From Candidatus Aminicenantes bacterium (GTDB taxonomy: Bacteria; Acidobacteriota; Aminicenantia; Aminicenantales; JAFGBC01), in assembly GCA_963702005.1 (NCBI GenBank), contig OY969696.1, positions 1,664,001 to 1,728,000 on the forward strand: 64,000 nucleotides of DNA, written 5' to 3'. Below, one piece after another: positions 39,814-49,586 of the stretch (position 1 is its first letter; every line of letters starts with the position of its first letter). Under the pieces are notes generated by a model that had not been told where the DNA came from, did no database searches, and was given only the letters and a program-made list of their open reading frames with translations. A program made the translations under genes and the position numbers.

Positions 39814-40185
39814 ATGATAAAAGTCGTGAATATCGAGAGATGTTTCAGCCGATTCAGCGATACGTTCTCGCCCAAGATCGTGGCGGAGCTCAACGGCCAG
39901 CATGTCAAACTCGTCCGGGCCGAGGGCGACAAGGTCCCTTGGCATACCCATGAGGTCGAGGATGAGTTGTTCCTGGTGCTCGACGGATCGCTCGAAGTCC
40001 ATGAGAGAGGCGGCTCGGTGCGCTTGAATCGGGGAGAATTCTGCGTGGTAGGGCGGGGCATTGAGCATAAAGTCGTTCCCATCGGTAAGGTTAAGCTGCT
40101 CCTGTTCGAGCCGGCGGGCATTGCTCACACGGGCAAGGTGCGTTCCGAAATCACCAAGGACCACTACGATCGCCTTGAGACTTAG
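39814..40185 (+). CDS. cupin domain protein
   Basis: WHTHEVEDELFLV, GIEH, LLFEP. Confidence 0.88.
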   Translation: MIKVVNIERCFSRFSDTFSPKIVAELNGQHVKLVRAEGDKVPWHTHEVEDELFLVLDGSLEVHERGGSVRLNRGEFCVVGRGIEHKVVPIGKVKLLLFEPAGIAHTGKVRSEITKDHYDRLET

Positions 40186-40197
40186 GAGAAAGACTTT

Positions 40198-40779
40198 TTG
40201 AAATACCCCATAAACGAGGTTGCCGCGTTCGTCGCCAAACATGCCGGCCGGGAGCGGTCTACGACCGTCAAAATAGTTTCCCTCATCCTGGGCTCCTTTC
40301 TTTTCTTTTTCCTTGCGCCCATCGCATTGGGTTTGATAGGTCGTGCGATCGCAAAGTACATGCCGATTCATCTTCCGGGAATCGTCGAAGTGTCAATAGG
40401 TCTAGCCGGCATTTCAGGCGGCCTCGCCTTTCTTCTCTGGTCCGTCTCGACATTTTGGCGCGTCGGCCGCGGCACGCCCGTTCCGATGGCCTCACCAGTT
40501 AAGTTAGTGACCGTCGGTCCGTTCAAGTACACCCGAAATCCCATCAAGCTGGGGGCTTTCCTGTTCTACTTCGGTCTCGGCGTCATCTGGGACGGTCTTA
40601 TGACGGGCCTGGTTATGGCGGCGATAGCCGTGATGCTGGGCACTCTCTATCATAAGAGCGTCGAGGAAAAGGAATTGGCCTTGAGATTCGGCGACGAATA
40701 CGAGCGGTATCGAAAGCGCACCTCGTTTCTCATCCCTTGGCCTCCGAAAAAAACCAATCCGGCTCGGCAATTTCGCTGA
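40198..40779 (+). CDS. ICMT/PEMT family membrane methyltransferase
   Basis: GRGTPVP, GPFKYTRNP, EEKELALRFGDEY; TTG start after AGGAG. Confidence 0.82.
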   Translation: MKYPINEVAAFVAKHAGRERSTTVKIVSLILGSFLFFFLAPIALGLIGRAIAKYMPIHLPGIVEVSIGLAGISGGLAFLLWSVSTFWRVGRGTPVPMASPVKLVTVGPFKYTRNPIKLGAFLFYFGLGVIWDGLMTGLVMAAIAVMLGTLYHKSVEEKELALRFGDEYERYRKRTSFLIPWPPKKTNPARQFR

Positions 40780-40803
40780 AGCCTCGATATCAGGGAGGGC
40801 GGC

Positions 40804-41364
40804 ATGTTCAACCTTCTCAAGCTAATCGCCTTCGCCGCGCTGTCCGCCGGGCTCCTTTATGTGTCCCGCGCGTCCCTGCGCGCGCCGCGTTCGCACGGCT
40901 TCTATCGTTTCTTCGCCTGGGAACTTATCCTCGCTCTGGCTCTTCTCAACGTTGATATTTGGTTCCGCGCTCCCCTGTCCTGGCATCAGCTTATTTCCTG
41001 GTTCTTGCTTATCGTATCCATCGTCCCGCTCACATTCGGGGTTCGCTCTCTGGTGACCCATGGGAAACCCGTCAAGCATCGGGACGCTGAACCTCAGCTC
41101 TTTGCTATTGAAAAGACCTCCTCGCTGGTGACCACGGGGATCTATCGCTATATCCGTCATCCTCTTTATGCGTCTCTTTTATTCCTGACCTGGGGGGTGT
41201 TTTTCAAGGCTCCCGCCTGGCTCGGAGGGCTGCTGGCGCTGGCGGCGACTTTATTTCTGATCGCCACGGCCAAGGCGGATGAAGCCGAATGCATTCGCTT
41301 CTTCGGTCCATCCTATCAAACCTATATGAAACGGACCAAGATGTTCGTGCCGTTAATATTCTGA
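40804..41364 (+). CDS. ICMT/PEMT family membrane methyltransferase
   Basis: LVTTGIYRYIRHPLY, FG.SY..YMKRTKMFVP. Confidence 0.85.
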   Translation: MFNLLKLIAFAALSAGLLYVSRASLRAPRSHGFYRFFAWELILALALLNVDIWFRAPLSWHQLISWFLLIVSIVPLTFGVRSLVTHGKPVKHRDAEPQLFAIEKTSSLVTTGIYRYIRHPLYASLLFLTWGVFFKAPAWLGGLLALAATLFLIATAKADEAECIRFFGPSYQTYMKRTKMFVPLIF

Positions 41365-41501
41365 ACCGCTCCCGGTCGTCGGGTAGCAGGCGAGGGCCTC
41401 CATTTCGGGGAAATATTTCGTCTTCTAAATTGGGATATTATTCGCTCCTCGTCGTCTGTTAAGAAGAAAAGGTTAAAAAGAGAAATCGAGAAAAAGCCTG
41501 T

Positions 41502-41546
41502 TTGACATATCTCTGCTATGCATATAAAATATGTATCGGAGATATG
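41502..41546 (+). promoter_or_regulatory. vapBC promoter with overlapping operator palindrome
   Basis: TTGACA-N17-TAAAAT; CATATCTC...GAGATATG and ATGCATAT..ATATGTAT inverted repeats. Confidence 0.75.
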
Positions 41547-41547
41547 C

Positions 41548-41748
41548 ATGAGGACCACTTTGAATATTCCCGACGAACTGATGAACGCCCTGATGGCTGA
41601 AACTGGGGAGAGAAACAAAACCCTCCTCATCCGCCGTTCCCTTGAGGATTTACTCCTGAAAATCCGCCGCGAAAATCTGAAGCGTTTGCGGGGAAAAATG
41701 GACTTGGAGGTCGACCTCGAAGCGTTGCGGAAGAAAGATCTCATATGA
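41548..41748 (+). CDS. vapB: VapB-family antitoxin
   Basis: MRTTLNIPDELM, RHH-like; ATGA overlap with the PIN gene. Confidence 0.85.
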   Translation: MRTTLNIPDELMNALMAETGERNKTLLIRRSLEDLLLKIRRENLKRLRGKMDLEVDLEALRKKDLI

Positions 41749-42155
41749 AGCCGGACTATTTCGTTGACACGAGTGTCTGGATTTCCTATTTCCGCCGGGA
41801 GGGCGGCTCGGATTTCGGGGATCTCGTCGATAATCTCATCGACGAAAACCGCGTTCACATCAACGGCATCGTCCTCGCCGAGATCCTGACGGGGGCTCGA
41901 AACCCGGCCGAGTCCGACCGGCTGTCATCGGCCCTTGCCGGCTTGAAGTTCGTTCCCTGCGACCGGCCGTCTTTCGAGTCGGCCGGCCGCAACGGTTATG
42001 CCCTGAAGAGGAAAGGGATATCGGTCCCCCTGAGCGACGTGATCATCGCCACGGACTGCATCGAGCACAATTTAGTCCTGATCGACAGGGACAGCCATTT
42101 TGGCGCGATTTCCGGCCATCTCCCTCTCAAGAGGCACGCGTCGACCGGAAAATAA
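41745..42155 (+). CDS. vapC: VapC PIN-domain toxin
   Basis: VDTSVWI, LAEIL.GA, SDVIIA, DSHF. Confidence 0.9.
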   Translation: MKPDYFVDTSVWISYFRREGGSDFGDLVDNLIDENRVHINGIVLAEILTGARNPAESDRLSSALAGLKFVPCDRPSFESAGRNGYALKRKGISVPLSDVIIATDCIEHNLVLIDRDSHFGAISGHLPLKRHASTGK

Positions 42156-42250
42156 AACACGGATATCGCGGCAGAAAAGTTGATTTCGAAGGATGTTCCA
42201 AGTGACAGGAAAGACCCGGCTGTAGGATAATAGCCCTTCAAGGAGGACGC

Positions 42251-43468
42251 ATGGCGAAGCAGCGCGGATATCGATCTCTGGGGACGACGTTTCCATTCAA
42301 CCGGAGAGAATTTATAAAGCTGGGCGGAGCGGCCGGGGTCGGGCTCCTCGCCGCGGGCCGGTCGCTTCTCGCGGCCCAGGCTCAACAGCCGACTCCGCCT
42401 CCCAGGCCCAGGACGAACATCGATGAGGCCCTCAAGGTCCCCCGGACAATATATTCTCTTCCGGGTCTCTTCCCGGGCAAGGTCGCCGAAGTTCACGACG
42501 AGAAAGCCATGGCCGGCAATGTCCCCAACCGGGACGTCATCAAGGCCATGTTCGAGTCGGGGCTCCAGGCGCTGACCGGAAAGACGACCGACGCGAGTTT
42601 CCCGCTCCTGTTCACGACCTCGGACGTCGTCGGGATCAAGGTCAACCCGGTCGGCCCCGGGCTGATCAGCACGCGGCTCGAGCTCGTCGACGCCGTCGTC
42701 GATTGGCTGGCCCGGAACGGCATTCCGAAAAAGAACATCGTTATCTGGGACCGCTTCGACTACATGCTGGCCGACGCCGGGTTCACCAAGGAGCGCTACC
42801 CCGGCTGCCGGATCGAAGGGCTCCAGACCATGGATGATGCGGCGGCCGAGGGCAAGACCCAGGACAACAGCCGCTGGCTGCGTCCGGACGGGACCCACGT
42901 CTCGGCCGGGAACTTCGACCTCGACGCCTATTACTGGGCGGACGTCGAGGGCCCCAAGGACCTCGCCTATCTCAATCAGCATGTCTACAACGGGAAATAC
43001 TCCTACTTCGGCAAGCTCCTGACCAAGGATCTGACCAAGTTCATCAACATTCCGGTTTTCAAGAACACCGGGAACGCGATCTCGATGGCGACCAAGAACA
43101 TTGGCTACGGCGCCGTCTGCAACACGAACCGCCTCCACGCGCCCCTCTTTCTCGACGTCTGCGTTGAAGTCCCGGCTTTTCCCGCCGTCCGCGACAAAAT
43201 GGTCCTCAACATCACGGACGGGCTCCGGGCTCAATATGAGGGCGGTCCCGGTCCCGAGGCCAAGTTCAGTTACCTCTACAATACGCTGTTCCTGGCGACC
43301 GATCCCTTCGCCCTCGACCTCGTCTGCCACAACATCCTGGTCGAGAAACGCAAGAGCATGGGTGTCCGAGTCAACGAGCATCCCAAATTCACCGAATATT
43401 TCCGGTACGCCCAGAAGCTCGGCTTGGGGATCGGCGATCCGGCGGTCATCAACCACGTAAGAGCCTGA
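42251..43468 (+). CDS. Tat-exported DUF362 domain protein
   Basis: NRREFIK; VVGIKVN, INIPVFKN..SMATKN, ATDPFALD. Confidence 0.8.
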   Translation: MAKQRGYRSLGTTFPFNRREFIKLGGAAGVGLLAAGRSLLAAQAQQPTPPPRPRTNIDEALKVPRTIYSLPGLFPGKVAEVHDEKAMAGNVPNRDVIKAMFESGLQALTGKTTDASFPLLFTTSDVVGIKVNPVGPGLISTRLELVDAVVDWLARNGIPKKNIVIWDRFDYMLADAGFTKERYPGCRIEGLQTMDDAAAEGKTQDNSRWLRPDGTHVSAGNFDLDAYYWADVEGPKDLAYLNQHVYNGKYSYFGKLLTKDLTKFINIPVFKNTGNAISMATKNIGYGAVCNTNRLHAPLFLDVCVEVPAFPAVRDKMVLNITDGLRAQYEGGPGPEAKFSYLYNTLFLATDPFALDLVCHNILVEKRKSMGVRVNEHPKFTEYFRYAQKLGLGIGDPAVINHVRA

Positions 43469-43491
43469 CGAACGGAGGGTTTTTATTAGTT

Positions 43492-44358
43492 ATGGCATTT
43501 AAGAAGGGGTGGCTCCTCGCGGGGACCGTCCTGCTGGCGGCCGCGGCCTGGGGGCAGGGGAGGGGCCTCCCGCCGGCGGCCGATTTCGCCCCGGGCTGGA
43601 GCCTGGGAGAGAAGCTCGTTTTCGAAAAGGGCAACCTTTATGACTTCATCGACGGCGGTGCCGACCTTTACCTCGAGTTCGGGTTCGAGCGGATCCTCGT
43701 CCAGCGCTACGGGAAAGGCGATGCCGAGCTGACCCTCGAAGCCTATGAGATGACGGACGCGGACGCCGCCCTGGGCATCTATCTTATGAAATGCGGCGCC
43801 GAGACGCCGGTCGCGGACATCCCGGCCCGGAACACCGGAGAGGCGGCCCAGCTGACAATCCTCAAGGGCCGCTACTTTCTGCACGTCAACAGCTTCGGCG
43901 CCGGAGCGGATTTACTTCCCGATATGGTCCGCCTGGCTCGGCGCGCCCTGGAGTCCATTCCGGATGAGCGTCCCCGCCGCAATCTCGACCTGCTGCCCGC
44001 CGAGGGTCTCGTCCCGGGGTCGGAGCGGACCATTAGGGGTCCCATTGCTCTCCAGTCCATCTATACGCTCGGCGAAGCCGACATCCTGCTCTTAGGCGGC
44101 CGGCTGATTGGGGTCGCCGGGGATTATCGGGCCGAGAGCGGTCCCTGGACGCTCATCATCGTTCCTTATCCGGACGAGGCCGCAGCCTCATCCGCTCTCG
44201 CAAATCTCCGCGCCCGTCTTGATCCTTATCTTAAAGTCACCGGGGAACGGGCTGACGGCTTTGTCTTCGAGGATTTCAAGAAGAAGTTCGGGGCCGCCCT
44301 GCGGAAAGGGGCTACACTCGAGATCAGGCTGAACCTGGTTCGCCCGCCCGAGAAGTAG
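43492..44358 (+). CDS. exported protein, DUF6599-like
   Basis: signal peptide; NLYDFIDGGADLYLEFGF, YEM...AALGIY. Confidence 0.72.
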   Translation: MAFKKGWLLAGTVLLAAAAWGQGRGLPPAADFAPGWSLGEKLVFEKGNLYDFIDGGADLYLEFGFERILVQRYGKGDAELTLEAYEMTDADAALGIYLMKCGAETPVADIPARNTGEAAQLTILKGRYFLHVNSFGAGADLLPDMVRLARRALESIPDERPRRNLDLLPAEGLVPGSERTIRGPIALQSIYTLGEADILLLGGRLIGVAGDYRAESGPWTLIIVPYPDEAAASSALANLRARLDPYLKVTGERADGFVFEDFKKKFGAALRKGATLEIRLNLVRPPEK

Positions 44359-44362
44359 TCCA

Positions 44363-45445
44363 TTGGAATTAGGACCGGTGTTTTTTAACCCGTTCGCGAT
44401 CGCTCGGGACATCCAGGACCTCGTCAAGGCCGAGGAGTCCTTGCGCGGGAGCGAGGAGCGCTACCGCCAGATCGTGGAGACGGCCGAGGAGGGCGTCTGG
44501 GTCATCGACGCCGAGAGCCGGACCGTGTTTGTCAACCGGAAAATGGCCGCGATCTTCGGCTATGGACCGGATGAGATGATCGGCAAATCCCTGTTCGATT
44601 TCGTGGACGAGGAGGCAGAAAAAGCCGCCCATTCTCTGATCGATCGCAAAAAAGAAGGCATTAGCGAACAGCACGATTTCAGATTCCGCCGCAAGGACGG
44701 AACACCGGTCTGGACGATCGTCTCCGCGAATCCCATCTACGCTCCCGACGGCGGCTATGCCGGGAGTCTCGGGATGATTACCGATATCACGGATCGGAAA
44801 CGGACGGAGGATGCCCTGGCGACCGCCCTTAAGGAGAAGGAAGTCCTGCTCCGCGAGATCTATCACAGGTCCAAGAACAACATGCAGGTCGTTTCCAGCC
44901 TCCTCAACCTTCAGGCGGGACGGATCGCCGATCCCGCCTTCCGGGAGATCCTCAAGCAGAGCCAGAGCCGCATCCGCTCGATGGCCCTCGTCCACGAAAA
45001 ACTCTATCGATCCAAGGACCTGACCCGGATTGACTTCAGGGATTATATCGAAAGCCTGGCCTCGCAGCTGTTCGCGTCGGTCGGAACGGATCCCGACGAA
45101 GTCGCCTTGCGCTTGGATATCGAGGCGGTCGCCCTCAACGTCAATACGGCCATCCCCTGCGGACTGATCCTCAACGAGCTCCTCATGAACGCCCTTAAGC
45201 ATGCCTTCCCGGGGGGCCGGAGAGGAGAGATCGACGTTTCGCTCCGCTCGGCCGACGGCGGGAAATTCATCCTGAAGGTTTCCGACAACGGCGTGGGCTT
45301 CCCCCCGGATCTCGATTTCCGCGAGACGCGAACGTTGGGCCTGGAAATTGTCGCCACCCTAGTCGACCAGATCGAAGGGACGATCGCGCTCGACCGGACC
45401 AATGGGACGGCCTTCAGGATCGAATTCAAAGAACAAACCTCTTAG
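44363..45445 (+). CDS. PAS + HisKA_2-type sensor histidine kinase, apparently 5'-truncated
   Basis: SEERYRQIVE, DITDRK, EIYHRSKNNMQ, NELLMNALKHAF, DNGVG; begins at the tail of an earlier PAC motif. Confidence 0.8.
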   Translation: MELGPVFFNPFAIARDIQDLVKAEESLRGSEERYRQIVETAEEGVWVIDAESRTVFVNRKMAAIFGYGPDEMIGKSLFDFVDEEAEKAAHSLIDRKKEGISEQHDFRFRRKDGTPVWTIVSANPIYAPDGGYAGSLGMITDITDRKRTEDALATALKEKEVLLREIYHRSKNNMQVVSSLLNLQAGRIADPAFREILKQSQSRIRSMALVHEKLYRSKDLTRIDFRDYIESLASQLFASVGTDPDEVALRLDIEAVALNVNTAIPCGLILNELLMNALKHAFPGGRRGEIDVSLRSADGGKFILKVSDNGVGFPPDLDFRETRTLGLEIVATLVDQIEGTIALDRTNGTAFRIEFKEQTS

Positions 45446-45481
45446 CCGGTCCGCCTCATCCGGGTGGGGGTCAAATCTTCG

Positions 45482-47272
45482 TCAGGATTTAAGGGCGCGG
45501 GCCATCCGCTCGTATTCCTGGTTGATTTCGTAGGGGAGGTGACGGCCGAAGGTATCCAGGAACGCCTTGATCTCGGCGAGCTCATCGTCCCATTCCCCGC
45601 GTTTGATCTCGAACAGGGACTCGACCTTGTTGGGGGGGATATCGAGGCCGTCGAGGACGAGATCCTTGACGTGGGGGACGAGCCCGAACGGGGTTTCCTT
45701 GGCCCCGACCTTCCCGTCGACCCGGTCCAGGATCCATTTAATGACGCGGGCGTTGTCCCCGAAGCCGGGCCAGATGAACTGGCCCCGCTCGTCCGTCCGG
45801 AACCAGTTCACGGAGTAAATCCGGGGCGGCCGGGAGCAGAGGCTTCCGATGTCGATCCAGTGCCGGAAGTAGTCGCCCATGTTGTAGCCGCAAAAGGGGA
45901 GCATGGCGAAGGGGTCTCGCCGGAGCACTCCGACTTTTCCGGCGGCGGCCGCGGTCGTCTCGGAACCGGTCCGGGCGCCCATGAACACGCCGTGGGGCCA
46001 GTTGAAGGATTCGGTCACGAGCGGGATGAGTCTTGAGCGCCGGCCGCCCAGGAGGACGGCCGAAATGGGGACTCCGAGCGGATTGTCGAAATCTTTGGAC
46101 AGGGTCGGGCAGTTGTAGAGGGAAACGGTGAACCGCGAGTTGGGATGGGCCGCCTTAGTGCCCTTGGAAGGATCCCAGGGCTGGCTCTGCCAGTCGAGGA
46201 GGTCTTTACCGGCCGGGTCGCCGAAGCCCTCCCACCAGGGTTCGTTGGCCGTCCGGTCGAGCGCGACGTTGGTGAACAGGGTCGGATAGGACTTGGCCGC
46301 CCGCAGCGTCCGGACCATGTTGGGGTTCGTCTTCATCGAGGTGCCGGGGGCGACGCCGAAGAAGCCGGCCTCGGGGTTGATGGCGTAGAGGCGGCCGTCC
46401 GGGCCGATGTTGAGCCAGGCGATGTCGTCGCCGACCGTCCAGACCCGGTATTCGGGCAGGGCCGACTCGAGCATGGCCAGGTTGGTCTTGCCGCAGGCCG
46501 AGGGCATGGCGGCCGTCACGTAGCGGACGTTGCCCTTGATGTCCTCGATGCCCATGATGACCATGTGCTCGGCCAGCCAGCCGTAGCGGTAGCCCTGCCA
46601 GGAGGCGATCCGGAGCGAGAAGCATTTCTTGCCGAGGAGGGCGTTCCCGCCGTAGCCCGAGCCGACGCTCCAGACGAAATCCTCGTCCGGAAAATGCATG
46701 ATGAAGCGGCGGTTGGGGTCGAAGTCGCCGACCGAATGGAAGCCGCGGGTGAAACTCTCGCCGGTTCCGATCTTGGTGAGGACGTGTCGGCCCATGCGGG
46801 TCATGATCCGCATCGAGATGGCCACATAGGAGACATCCGTGATCTGGACGCAGGCCTTCGCGTAGGGGGAGTCGGGATGGCCCATCATGTAGGGGAGGAC
46901 GTACATCGTCTTGCCCCGCATGCAGCCGCGGCTGAGCCCGGTCATGACGTCCTTGGCCTCGCGGGGATCCATCCAGTTATTGTTGGGGCCGGACCGCTCC
47001 TTCTCGGGCTGGCAGACAAAGGTCAGCTGCTCGGTCCGGGCGACGTCGGTCGGATGGCTGCGGTGGAGATAGGCCTTGGGCCAGGTCTTCTGGTTGAGCT
47101 CGTGGAAGATGTCGTGGGCGCCGATCCGCTCCTCGCGCATCCCCGTCTCAATCAGGCGGCGGGCCTCGCCCTCGGAGCCGTCGCACCACATAATGGATTT
47201 GGGGAGGGTGAGGGCGGCCACCTCCTCGACCCATTTCTCAACGGCTGTCGCCATGGGACTATTGAATATCAT
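45482..47272 (-). CDS. pckG: GTP-dependent phosphoenolpyruvate carboxykinase
   Basis: SGYGGNALLGKKC, AMPSACGKTNLAM, VGDDIAW, HPNSRF, RRDPFAMLPFCGY; start may be 47254. Confidence 0.96.
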   Translation of the reverse strand: MIFNSPMATAVEKWVEEVAALTLPKSIMWCDGSEGEARRLIETGMREERIGAHDIFHELNQKTWPKAYLHRSHPTDVARTEQLTFVCQPEKERSGPNNNWMDPREAKDVMTGLSRGCMRGKTMYVLPYMMGHPDSPYAKACVQITDVSYVAISMRIMTRMGRHVLTKIGTGESFTRGFHSVGDFDPNRRFIMHFPDEDFVWSVGSGYGGNALLGKKCFSLRIASWQGYRYGWLAEHMVIMGIEDIKGNVRYVTAAMPSACGKTNLAMLESALPEYRVWTVGDDIAWLNIGPDGRLYAINPEAGFFGVAPGTSMKTNPNMVRTLRAAKSYPTLFTNVALDRTANEPWWEGFGDPAGKDLLDWQSQPWDPSKGTKAAHPNSRFTVSLYNCPTLSKDFDNPLGVPISAVLLGGRRSRLIPLVTESFNWPHGVFMGARTGSETTAAAAGKVGVLRRDPFAMLPFCGYNMGDYFRHWIDIGSLCSRPPRIYSVNWFRTDERGQFIWPGFGDNARVIKWILDRVDGKVGAKETPFGLVPHVKDLVLDGLDIPPNKVESLFEIKRGEWDDELAEIKAFLDTFGRHLPYEINQEYERMARALKS

Positions 47273-47318
47273 AGGGACGTGGGCTTGTCAAAACGCGAAT
47301 CAGCGGCGCTCGTCAATT

Positions 47319-47385
47319 GGTGACGCTAAACCATTTCCCTTTCTCGGGGGGAAGTTGTTCAAGAGTGACACGGTTAAGCGTCACC
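47319..47385. repeat. REP-like inverted repeat left of the SBBP gene
   Basis: GGTGACGCTAAACC (47319-47332) ... GGTTAAGCGTCACC (47372-47385), 13/14 paired. Confidence 0.75.
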
Positions 47386-47399
47386 TGATGGGCTGCATC

Positions 47400-49490
47400 T
47401 TACTTAAGTTTCGAGACGAAGACGTCTTCCCCGTAATTGAAGGAATTATCGAAGGGATTCTTTCTGGGGAAATCAGCCGAGACCGTCGTCCCCGTGACGA
47501 AGACCTCTCCGTTGGGCCTGATGGCGACGGCATACCCTTCCTCCCAGCTTCCTCCTCCCAGGTAGGTCGAGAAGAGGAGGGCTTTTCCCGTTTTGGCGAA
47601 CTTGGTCACGAAAACGTCCGAAGACCCGCCTATGACCTTGTCAAAGGCGTTCTTCATCGGGAAATCCTTGGAAGTCGTCTCGCCGGTCAAGCAGGCGATA
47701 CCGTCGCCGGTCACGGCAAGTGCATAAGCTCGATCGTCGCCCTTTCCGCCCAGGTAGGTCGAGTACGTCAGGGTTTTTCCGGTCGGCGCGAACTTTGTCA
47801 GGAAGCATTCCATTTCCTTGCTCGCGTTGAATGTGGGATCGAAGGCGTTGAGGACCGGGAAGTCGGGGGAATCGGTCTGTCCCCCGACATAGGCGGAGCC
47901 CGTTTTATCGACGCCGATCCCCCAGCCGTACTCGTTGATTCCGTCTCCGCCGAGGTAGGTCGAGTAGGCCAGGGTTTTGCCGGAAGGATTGAACTTGGTG
48001 ACGAAGGCGTCGATCATGCTGCCCAGCGTCGTGTCGAAGGCGTTCTTCATCGGAAAATCGTACGAACCGGTAAACCCGGTGACATAAGCGGAGCCGTACT
48101 GATCCACGGCAATGGCGTTGCCGTCCTCTCCGCCCGTTCCTCCGAGGAAGGTCGAGTAAGCGAGGGACGATCCCGACGGGTCGAGCTTGGTCACAAAGGC
48201 ATCTCCGGTGCCGCCTAACGAGTTGTCGAACGCGTTCTTCCTCGGGAAATCGGACGAGTTCGTCATCCCGACGATATAAGCGGCCTTGTTTTTGTCGAGG
48301 GCGATGCCCCTGCCGATTTCTCCGCTGGCCCCCCCCAGGTACGTTGAAAAAACGAGGCTGTTGCCGGCCGGCGACAGCTTAGTGACGAAGACGTCCAGAA
48401 AGCCGTTGAGCGAATGATCGAAGCCGGCCTTGACCGGGAAGTCGGCGGAGCTCGTCTTTCCGGTTACATAGGCGCATCCGGCCGCGTCGACGGCGATGGC
48501 ATAGCCGTAATCCGATTCCCCGCCCCCCAGGAAGGTTGAATAGACCAGGGCGTTTCCGGCCGGGGTCAGCTTGGAAATAAAAACGTCGAACGAGCCGTTC
48601 CGAGTGCTGTCATAGGCGTTTTTAACCGGGAATCCGGATGACGACGTATATCCGGTGACATAGGCCGAGCCGGCGCTGTCCACGGCGATGCCCTGGCCGT
48701 AATCAAAGCCGTTCCCTCCCAAGAACGTGGAGTAGATGAGGGGGTCGATGACGAGGTCATGCTCGCGGTCATAGGCGCCGACCCGGAAGCCGAAGGCGTC
48801 GGGACACCGCCGCTCGAAGGACGTCGCGACATCGACCCTCCGCCCGTCGATCCGTTGATAGGCGACGGGCTTTCGATGGACGAGGTTGCCGAAGGCGGTG
48901 GAGACGACCAGATTGCCATTAACGTCCAGCCGGACTCCATCCCCGTTCTTGAAGCGGATGGTTTTCGGGTCGCCCCCGGGCCGGACGATCCAATCGTATT
49001 CGATCGTCTTTTCGACGCCGTAGACCTTGAGGTCGATGTCCGGGTAGAGATCCTTGTAGTCCACGGCCTTCCAGGTCGGGATATCTGTCCGCCACTCGGC
49101 CGGGTCGGAGCCGATGAAAGAATTCACCCGGTGGCCGTCGGACTCGAAAGCCCGGACCTCGGTCCCGGGATTCGTCTCGAGAAAGACGAGCCGTGAGGTT
49201 TGTTCTTCCCATCCGCCCTTCGGATTTTCCCGAAGAACGGACATGGTGAGGCTTTCCTTTGTCAGAGACAAGGAATAGCGCGAAGCCTTGACCGTGAAGA
49301 GGACTTCGGGAGAGGCTTGTCCCTGATTGGGGATGAAGTAGAGAGGAATGCGTCCGAAGTCCGGGCTCGGAGAGACGGCCTGGAGATGTTCTCCGGTCGC
49401 CCGGGCAGAAACGGCCTCGATTCTGCCTGAACTGGCCCCGGCCAGAAGGGCTCCCAGAAGAAAGAAAGATAAAAAGACTTTGATTCTCAC
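47400..49490 (-). CDS. secreted SBBP-repeat beta-propeller protein
   Basis: FIPNQGQ N-domain; seven YST(F/Y)LGG...IAVD..G.AYVTG.T.S.DFP...D.FVTK repeats. Confidence 0.9.
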   Translation of the reverse strand: MRIKVFLSFFLLGALLAGASSGRIEAVSARATGEHLQAVSPSPDFGRIPLYFIPNQGQASPEVLFTVKASRYSLSLTKESLTMSVLRENPKGGWEEQTSRLVFLETNPGTEVRAFESDGHRVNSFIGSDPAEWRTDIPTWKAVDYKDLYPDIDLKVYGVEKTIEYDWIVRPGGDPKTIRFKNGDGVRLDVNGNLVVSTAFGNLVHRKPVAYQRIDGRRVDVATSFERRCPDAFGFRVGAYDREHDLVIDPLIYSTFLGGNGFDYGQGIAVDSAGSAYVTGYTSSSGFPVKNAYDSTRNGSFDVFISKLTPAGNALVYSTFLGGGESDYGYAIAVDAAGCAYVTGKTSSADFPVKAGFDHSLNGFLDVFVTKLSPAGNSLVFSTYLGGASGEIGRGIALDKNKAAYIVGMTNSSDFPRKNAFDNSLGGTGDAFVTKLDPSGSSLAYSTFLGGTGGEDGNAIAVDQYGSAYVTGFTGSYDFPMKNAFDTTLGSMIDAFVTKFNPSGKTLAYSTYLGGDGINEYGWGIGVDKTGSAYVGGQTDSPDFPVLNAFDPTFNASKEMECFLTKFAPTGKTLTYSTYLGGKGDDRAYALAVTGDGIACLTGETTSKDFPMKNAFDKVIGGSSDVFVTKFAKTGKALLFSTYLGGGSWEEGYAVAIRPNGEVFVTGTTVSADFPRKNPFDNSFNYGEDVFVSKLK

Positions 49491-49586
49491 CTTCCCTCCT
49501 TAATTGCTAATGAATATAGGATTCAAAAATCCTACAATGCAAATCCGGTCCGAAGATATCGCGAAAACCATTTTTTGTCAATCAGG

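Noticed and set aside
36480-41500. Intact integron (intI/attI/attC)
   Set aside because: No tyrosine recombinase; spacers are too short and lack RYYYAAC...GTTRRRY palindromes.
44385-44400. TTAACCCGTTCG shared with 49597 and CCCGTTCGCGA shared with about 24035
   Set aside because: Matches of 11-12 nt without flanking similarity or a hairpin partner; compatible with chance.
47400-48740. Internal DNA repeats as a DGR or repeat array
   Set aside because: Explained by degenerate SBBP protein repeats; no reverse transcriptase or adenine-specific TR/VR pair.
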